Part shown: in pieces, positions 15,843 to 21,765 of the stretch
Layout of the letters: the number at the start of each line of letters is the position of its first letter
Position numbering within the stretch: position 1 is the stretch's first letter
Virus record (IMG/VR): IMGVR_UViG_2690316064_000002
Source: a virus
Taxonomy: Duplodnaviria; Heunggongvirae; Uroviricota; Caudoviricetes
Direction: 5' to 3' (one strand)
Length of the DNA stretch: 21,765 nt
Notes under the pieces: generated by a model
Seen by the model: only the letters and a program-made list of their open reading frames with translations
Databases searched by the model: none
What the model was told of the DNA's origin: nothing
Translations under genes and position numbers: made by a program

Positions 15843-15940
15843 ACATGAAAAGCAAAATCATCAGGGAGCTACAGGCTCCTTTTTTATTATTCGCATTCAC
15901 CCTCAAGCGTATTAACCAACAATTCAGGGATTAATGGAAG

Positions 15941-16162
15941 ATGGCAGACATCATTGATTCAGCATCAGAAATTGAAGAATTACAGCGCAACACAGCAATA
16001 AAAATGCGCCGCCTGAACCACCAGGCTATATCTGCCACTCATTGTTGTGAGTGTGGCGATCCGATAGATGAACGAAGACGCCTGGTCGTTCAGGGTTGTC
16101 GGACTTGTGCAAGTTGCCAGGAGGATCTGGAGCTTATCAGTAAACAGAGAGGTTCGAAGTGA
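15941..16162 (+). CDS. TraR/DksA-family C4 zinc-finger protein (lambda orf73-like)
   Basis: 73 aa with CxxC-17aa-CxxC (CCECGDPIDERRRLVVQGCRTCASCQ). Confidence 0.8.
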   Translation: MADIIDSASEIEELQRNTAIKMRRLNHQAISATHCCECGDPIDERRRLVVQGCRTCASCQEDLELISKQRGSK

Positions 16163-16566
16163 GCGAAATTAACTCTCAGGCACTGCGTGAAGCGGCAGAG
16201 AAAGCCGGTGAAGATAAGTGGCAGGCTAAAAAAATAAATGGTGATTTTTTCGTTATTCGTCACGGTAGTTATACAAGACAGCATGGCTACACATCGTATC
16301 AACCCATTGCGGAGATTGATTGTAAGCCAGTCCGGGATTTTGTTGCCAAGGCTAATCCGGCTACCGTGCTGGAATTACTGGATGAACTGGAAGCAGCAAA
16401 AAAGCGCATTGCAGAACTGGAAGCGCGGGAAATACTGCTCCCGGAACGTAGCAGCATGCTTCATCGAACAGATTTTCACGATGATTACCAAACGGTAATG
16501 GCATACAAAGTTTCTGAAGTCATCGATGCAATCCGCGCTACTGGCATTCGCATCAAAGGAGAGTGA
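16159..16566 (+). CDS. Ea22-like protein (shorter variant), GTG start
   Basis: N-terminus MSEINSQALREAAE and C-terminus GIRIKGE as in lambda Ea22 by recollection; central coiled-coil segment ELLDELEAAKKRIAELEARE. Confidence 0.55.
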   Translation: MSEINSQALREAAEKAGEDKWQAKKINGDFFVIRHGSYTRQHGYTSYQPIAEIDCKPVRDFVAKANPATVLELLDELEAAKKRIAELEAREILLPERSSMLHRTDFHDDYQTVMAYKVSEVIDAIRATGIRIKGE

Positions 16567-16567
16567 G

Positions 16568-17323
16568 ATGATTCACTACCACGGTGGGCCTATTACTCCT
16601 GATACGTGCGCAATGAGAGCATGGAAAGGGCGACATGCGTTTATCAGTTTTGCGCATTCAGGCCAGATCAATCTCGCGGCTGAATACTGTCAGTCGTTCG
16701 CGCTGGACAACGGTGCATTCACCGCCTGGAAAGCAGCTGGCAAAAACAAAATCGACTGGAGCGATTACTACGAGTTTGTTGCTCGCTGGAAGAATCACCC
16801 AGGATTCGATTTTGCCATTATCCCGGATATTATTGATGGCGGAGAGGAGGAAAATGATGCGCTTCTGAATGAGTGGCCTCACGGAAAACTAGCTGGCGTT
16901 CCAGTGTGGCACATGAATGAAAGTGACGCGCGATTTATTCATTTGTGCAATGAGTTTCCGCGAGTGGCTATCGGTAGTTGTGGCGACTATGACGTAAAGC
17001 GCCCAACTCTTGCGGTAGCCAGAATGAAAGACCTGATTCGTCACATTGTTGATGGGCATGGTCAGCCGGTTACGAAACTACATGGATTGCGCATGTTAAA
17101 TCCGCTGATATTCACAAAATTACCCTTAGCCAGCGCAGATAGTACGAACGTCGCTCGAAACATCGGTATTGATAAAGCCTGGTCTGGGGCTTATGCACCT
17201 GCAAGTAAAGAGACACGCGCAGCATTAATGGTAGAACGGATTGAGGCACACAATAGCCCTGGTTCTCTTGCGTATTGTGAACAACGCGACCGCTTTGAAA
17301 TGCAATTGCAACTAGCAGTTTAA
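16568..17323 (+). CDS. Hypothetical 251-aa protein of the early-left accessory region
   Basis: ATG at 16568 with AAGGAG upstream (track starts earlier at 16526); MIHYHGGPITPDTCAMRAWKGRHAFISFAHSGQ...; no family recognised. Confidence 0.55.
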   Translation: MIHYHGGPITPDTCAMRAWKGRHAFISFAHSGQINLAAEYCQSFALDNGAFTAWKAAGKNKIDWSDYYEFVARWKNHPGFDFAIIPDIIDGGEEENDALLNEWPHGKLAGVPVWHMNESDARFIHLCNEFPRVAIGSCGDYDVKRPTLAVARMKDLIRHIVDGHGQPVTKLHGLRMLNPLIFTKLPLASADSTNVARNIGIDKAWSGAYAPASKETRAALMVERIEAHNSPGSLAYCEQRDRFEMQLQLAV

Positions 17324-17333
17324 GGACTAACAA

Positions 17334-18131
17334 ATGACCACTATTACCAAAGAACGTATTGAATTGTTCATTAAAAATCCGCTTGAAAACGGGCTTACTC
17401 GTGGCGAACAAATGGAACTGGCACGAATTGCACTGGCATCACTGGAACGCGAACTGATTCGCCACGAGCATGCCAAATGGTCTGACTCCACATTTGGCTG
17501 CGTTGGCCCCATTGGTCCACTGAAACACCTCTCAAAAGAGGCTCTGGAAGCCGCAGCCGAACCAGACGATCTCAGCTAGTGGGCTGATATGCATTTCCTG
17601 TTGTGGGATGCACAGCGCCGTGCTGGCATCAGCGATGCTGAAATTACCGCTGCTATGGAAGATAAATTGAAGATCAACATGGAGCGCCAGTGGCCTGAAC
17701 CAAAAGATGGTGAGCCTCGCTTGCACATTAAAGAACCCGGCAACTCTCCGGTAATTCCGGATGGTTTATCCACGGTATGCGCTGAGGCTTATCAGGTTGT
17801 AGGAGTTATGGCAGATGCGCTTGGTGTATTCGGTGATGCAGCAGTACAGAAAGTTCTGGATAACCTGTCACAGCAAAAACTTGTTCACAGAGATGTGCTG
17901 CCGTTCTCGCTTCCGGTGACTCCGGATGGTTGGATAAGCTGTAGTGAGCGAATGCCGAAAGAAACGGGTGACATTATTGTTGTTTCGGATGGCATTGTAA
18001 TGTCCGGGATTTCTTATTCTCGTCGTGACGGGTTCTATATAGCCGCATTGGAGTACGACGACGATGAGCCAATTGGCGGTGTAACCCACTGGATGCCTCT
18101 ACCAGAACCGCCTCGATTAAAGGAGCTATAA
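17334..18131 (+). pseudogene. DUF550/DUF551-like accessory gene interrupted by an in-frame amber codon (TAG at 17577-17579)
   Basis: Track ORFs 17334..17579 and 17589..18131 are in the same frame, separated only by TAG (...EPDDLS * WADMHFLLWDAQ...). The C-terminal WISCSERMPKE...GVTHWMPLPEPP looks like DUF551 (domain names from memory). Confidence 0.5.
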
Positions 18132-18245
18132 TAGTGAACTATTATATCTATTTGTATTAAAAGAGTTTTTATAAAATAAATCTCCCAAAGCATGTAAAAA
18201 CACTGTTAATCTTAACGTGTGTGAAACGTGAAGAGAGGTGTTGAA

Positions 18246-18527
18246 ATGAGCATTCATGATTTGTGTGAAGATCAAGAGCAATGGGCTATGCAGACCCTTA
18301 TGGGATCAGGAGTTCTTGCAAGGTGCAGAATCCATAACGATGTAATTTTAGACAGCGGAAATGATGCTTCTTCTGCTTATAAATTAGGAACTTACCTATA
18401 TCAAAAAGATAATAGCTGCAACTTATTCAATACTCTTACTGAAGCCCGCGACGCAATAAAGGATGCATATGAATCGTATTGTGGGATCGATGATTGCCCA
18501 CAATGCTCAAAATACATTGACGATTAA
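18246..18527 (+). CDS. ea8.5: Ea8.5-like protein (93 aa)
   Basis: MSIHDLCEDQEQWAMQTLMGSGVLARCRIHNDV... with GAGAGG 7 nt upstream of the ATG at 18246; the track begins 6 codons earlier at a GTG. Confidence 0.75.
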   Translation: MSIHDLCEDQEQWAMQTLMGSGVLARCRIHNDVILDSGNDASSAYKLGTYLYQKDNSCNLFNTLTEARDAIKDAYESYCGIDDCPQCSKYIDD

Positions 18528-18615
18528 TAATATGAACAAGTAACTATCCTCGCACTCGCGGGGATTTCTTTTATCTGAACTCGCTACGGCGAGTTTTGTT
18601 TTATGGCGATGATAA

Positions 18616-18783
18616 ATGCACTTCCGAGTTACAGGTGAATGGAATGGAGAACCATTCAACAGAGTTATCGAAGCCGAGAACATCAGCGACTGCTATGACC
18701 ACTGGATGCTGTGGGCGCAGATAGCACATGCAGACGTAACCAATATTCGAATTGAAGAACTGAAAGAACACCAAGCCGCCTGA
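18616..18783 (+). CDS. orf55-like small protein (MHFRVTGEWNGEPFNRVIEAENISDCYDHWMLWAQIAHADVTNIRIEELKEHQAA)
   Basis: 55-aa ORF below the track cut-off; ends in a hairpin/T-tract. Confidence 0.45.
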   Translation: MHFRVTGEWNGEPFNRVIEAENISDCYDHWMLWAQIAHADVTNIRIEELKEHQAA

Positions 18784-18797
18784 TGGCGGTTTTTTCT
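18775..18797 (+). terminator. Hairpin plus T6 after orf55 (CCGCC-TGAT-GGCGG-TTTTTTCTT)
   Basis: Stem-loop incorporates the orf55 stop codon and is followed by a T-run. Confidence 0.45.
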
Positions 18798-18822
18798 TGC
18801 GTGTAATTGCGGAGACTTTGCG

Positions 18823-19041
18823 ATGTACTTGACACTTCAGGAGTGGAACGCTCGCCAGCGACGCCCAAGAAGCCTTGAAACAGTTCGTCGATGGGTGCGC
18901 GAATGCAGGATATTCCCTCCTCCGGTTAAGGATGGAAGAGAATATCTGTTCCACGAATCAGCGGTAAAGGTTGACTTAAATCGACCAGTAACAGGTAGCC
19001 TTTTGAAGAGGATCAGAAATGGGAAGAAGGCGAAGTCATGA
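18823..19041 (+). CDS. xis: Excisionase Xis
   Basis: 72 aa MYLTLQEWNARQRRPRSLETVRRWVRECRIFPPPVKDGREYLFHESAVKV... = lambda Xis; overlaps the int start. Confidence 0.95.
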   Translation: MYLTLQEWNARQRRPRSLETVRRWVRECRIFPPPVKDGREYLFHESAVKVDLNRPVTGSLLKRIRNGKKAKS

Positions 19042-20089
19042 GCGCCGGGATTTACCCCCTAACCTTTATATAAGAAACAATGGATATTACTGCTACAGGG
19101 ACCCAAGGACGGGTAAAGAGTTTGGATTAGGCAGAGACAGGCGAATCGCAATCACTGAAGCTATACAGGCCAACATTGAGTTATTTTCAGGACACAAACA
19201 CAAGCCTCTGACAGCGAGAATCAACAGTGATAATTCCGTTACGTTACATTCATGGCTTGATCGCTACGAAAAAATCCTGGCCAGCAGAGGAATCAAGCAG
19301 AAGACACTCATAAATTACATGAGCAAAATTAAAGCAATAAGGAGGGGTCTGCCTGATGCTCCACTTGAAGACATCACCACAAAAGAAATTGCGGCAATGC
19401 TCAATGGATACATAGACGAGGGCAAGGCGGCGTCAGCCAAGTTAATCAGATCAACACTGAGCGATGCATTCCGAGAGGCAATAGCTGAAGGCCATATAAC
19501 AACAAACCCTGTCGCTGCCACTCGCGCAGCAAAATCAGAGGTAAGGAGATCAAGACTTACGGCTGACGAATACCTGAAAATTTATCAAGCAGCAGAATCA
19601 TCACCATGTTGGCTCAGACTTGCAATGGAACTGGCTGTTGTTACCGGGCAACGAGTTGGTGATTTATGCGAAATGAAGTGGTCTGATATCGTAGATGGAT
19701 ATCTTTATGTCGAGCAAAGCAAAACAGGCGTAAAAATTGCCATCCCAACAACATTGCATGTTGATGCTCTCGGGATATCAATGAAGGAAACACTTGATAA
19801 ATGCAAAGAGATTCTTGGCGGAGAAACCATAATTGCATCTACTCGTCGTGAACCGCTTTCATCCGGCACAGTATCAAGGTATTTTATGCGCGCACGAAAA
19901 GCATCAGGTCTTTCCTTCGAAGGGGATCCGCCTACCTTTCACGAGTTGCGCAGTTTGTCTGCAAGACTCTATGAGAAGCAGATAAGCGATAAGTTTGCTC
20001 AACATCTTCTCGGGCATAAGTCGGACACCATGGCATCACAGTATCGTGATGACAGAGGCAGGGAGTGGGACAAAATTGAAATCAAATAA
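19019..20089 (+). CDS. int: Integrase Int (tyrosine recombinase)
   Basis: 356 aa MGRRRSHERRDLPPNLYIRNNGYYCYRDPRTGKEFGLGRDRRIAITEAIQ... matches lambda Int along its length. Confidence 0.97.
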   Translation: MGRRRSHERRDLPPNLYIRNNGYYCYRDPRTGKEFGLGRDRRIAITEAIQANIELFSGHKHKPLTARINSDNSVTLHSWLDRYEKILASRGIKQKTLINYMSKIKAIRRGLPDAPLEDITTKEIAAMLNGYIDEGKAASAKLIRSTLSDAFREAIAEGHITTNPVAATRAAKSEVRRSRLTADEYLKIYQAAESSPCWLRLAMELAVVTGQRVGDLCEMKWSDIVDGYLYVEQSKTGVKIAIPTTLHVDALGISMKETLDKCKEILGGETIIASTRREPLSSGTVSRYFMRARKASGLSFEGDPPTFHELRSLSARLYEKQISDKFAQHLLGHKSDTMASQYRDDRGREWDKIEIK

Positions 20090-20177
20090 TGATTTTATTT
20101 TGACTGATAGTGACCTGTTCGTTGCAACAAATTGATAAGCAATGCTTTTTTATAATGCCAACTTAGTATAAAAAAGC
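20075..20177. other. attL: attL: lambda P' arm (Int arm-type and IHF sites) plus 15-bp core (TTAGTATAAAAAAGC = reverse complement of GCTTTTTTATACTAA, 20163-20177)
   Basis: The sequence from the int stop to the core is the reverse complement of the lambda attP P' arm as I recall it; beyond the core it switches to host attB flank (AGGCTTCAACGG...). Confidence 0.9.
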
Positions 20178-20223
20178 AGGCTTCAACGGATTCATTTTTC
20201 TATTTCATAGCCCGGAGCAACCT

Positions 20224-21507
20224 GTGAACACATTTTCAGTTTCCCGTCTGGCGCTGGCATTGGCTTTTGGCGTGACGCTGACCGCCTGTAGCTCAACACC
20301 ACCCGATCAACGTCCTTCTGATCAAACCGCGCCTGGTACCTCTTCTCGCCCGATTCTGTCGGCAAAAGAAGCGCAGAATTTCGATGCTCAACACTATTTT
20401 GCATCCCTGACACCAGGTGCTGCAGCGTGGAATCCTTCCCCGATTACCCTGCCTGCGCAACCTGACTTTGTTGTCGGCCCGGCGGGTACTCAAGGTGTAA
20501 CGCATACCACGATTCAGGCGGCGGTAGATGCGGCAATTATCAAGCGTACCAACAAGCGCCAGTATATTGCCGTGATGCCAGGTGAGTATCAGGGAACGGT
20601 ATATGTTCCTGCCGCTCCGGGTGGAATTACTCTGTACGGTACAGGTGAAAAACCGATTGATGTGAAGATTGGGCTTTCCCTTGATGGGGGCATGAGCCCT
20701 GCCGACTGGCGTCACGACGTCAACCCGCGCGGCAAATATATGCCAGGTAAACCAGCGTGGTATATGTACGATAGCTGCCAGAGCAAACGCAGCAACAGTA
20801 TCGGTGTTCTCTGTTCAGCGGTCTTCTGGTCACAAAACAATGGCCTGCAACTGCAAAACCTGACCATCGAAAACACGCTGGGCGATAGCGTAGATGCGGG
20901 TAACCATCCGGCGGTGGCACTGCGTACTGATGGTGACCAGGTACAGATTAACAACGTGAACATTCTCGGTCGTCAGAACACCTTCTTTGTCACCAACAGC
21001 GGTGTGCAGAACCGTCTGGAAACGAATCGTCAGCCGCGTACGCTGGTGACCAACAGCTACATTGAAGGGGATGTGGATATCGTTTCTGGTCGCGGCGCAG
21101 TGGTGTTCGATAACACCGAATTCCGCGTGGTGAACTCACGTACTCAGCAAGAAGCGTATGTGTTTGCACCGGCAACGCTGTCCAACATTTACTACGGTTT
21201 CCTCGCTGTAAACAGCCGTTTCAATGCTTCCGGTGATGGCGTGGCGCAACTGGGCCGCTCGCTGGATGTTGATGCCAATACCAACGGTCAGGTGGTGATC
21301 CGTGATAGCGCCATCAACGAAGGTTTTAACACGGCTAAACCGTGGGCCGATGCGGTGATCTCTAATCGTCCGTTTGCGGGTAATACCGGCAGCGTAGATG
21401 ATAACGACGAAATACAGCGCAATCTGAATGACACTAACTACAACCGCATGTGGGAATACAATAACCGCGGCGTGGGTAGTAAAGTGGTTGCAGAGGCGAA
21501 GAAGTAA
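20224..21507 (+). CDS. ybhC: Host YbhC (pectinesterase-family outer-membrane lipoprotein), GTG start
   Basis: 427 aa with lipoprotein signal (LALALAFGVTLTACSS); matches E. coli YbhC, the gene flanking attB-lambda on the gal side. Confidence 0.93.
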   Translation: MNTFSVSRLALALAFGVTLTACSSTPPDQRPSDQTAPGTSSRPILSAKEAQNFDAQHYFASLTPGAAAWNPSPITLPAQPDFVVGPAGTQGVTHTTIQAAVDAAIIKRTNKRQYIAVMPGEYQGTVYVPAAPGGITLYGTGEKPIDVKIGLSLDGGMSPADWRHDVNPRGKYMPGKPAWYMYDSCQSKRSNSIGVLCSAVFWSQNNGLQLQNLTIENTLGDSVDAGNHPAVALRTDGDQVQINNVNILGRQNTFFVTNSGVQNRLETNRQPRTLVTNSYIEGDVDIVSGRGAVVFDNTEFRVVNSRTQQEAYVFAPATLSNIYYGFLAVNSRFNASGDGVAQLGRSLDVDANTNGQVVIRDSAINEGFNTAKPWADAVISNRPFAGNTGSVDDNDEIQRNLNDTNYNRMWEYNNRGVGSKVVAEAKK

Positions 21508-21523
21508 GAGCAATTAACTATTT

Positions 21524-21765
<242 letters not shown>

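Noticed and set aside
19315-21513. Antisense and alternate-frame track ORFs inside int and ybhC (for example 20293..20715 -, 21136..21513 -)
   Set aside because: Embedded in genes whose products match known proteins over their full length.

Overview
The window is one end of a lambda-type (lambdoid) prophage integrated at the E. coli attB-lambda site, running from the late-region side to attL and then into host DNA. It is reverse-complemented relative to the conventional lambda map. All protein identifications are from reading the supplied translations and motifs against remembered lambda/P22/DLP12 sequences; no search or alignment was run. Order left to right: a truncated NanS-p-like esterase gene (1-310, -), an AT-rich cargo island with a polytopic membrane protein in the slot where Stx phages carry stxAB (611-1850), then Q, ninH, rusA, ybcO, rha, a P63C-like gene and ninB-like gene, then ren, P, O (with ori iterons), oop, a divergent cII, cro, oR, cI. 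Downstream of cI, the rexA-rexB position is occupied by an unrelated 2-3 gene cassette with membrane components (9881-11133); this is my top candidate for an undescribed lysogen-expressed phage-exclusion system. After oL/pL come a P22-type nutL and N, a ral remnant with a 103-bp internal deletion, ea10, cIII, kil, gam, bet, exo, small ea-region ORFs, a TraR-like gene, accessory genes including an amber-interrupted DUF550/DUF551-like gene, then ea8.5, xis, int, attL (core at 20163-20177), host ybhC and a REP/BIME cluster. The prophage is a mosaic: lambda immunity, replication and recombination modules joined to non-lambda N/nut, cII and nin segments.
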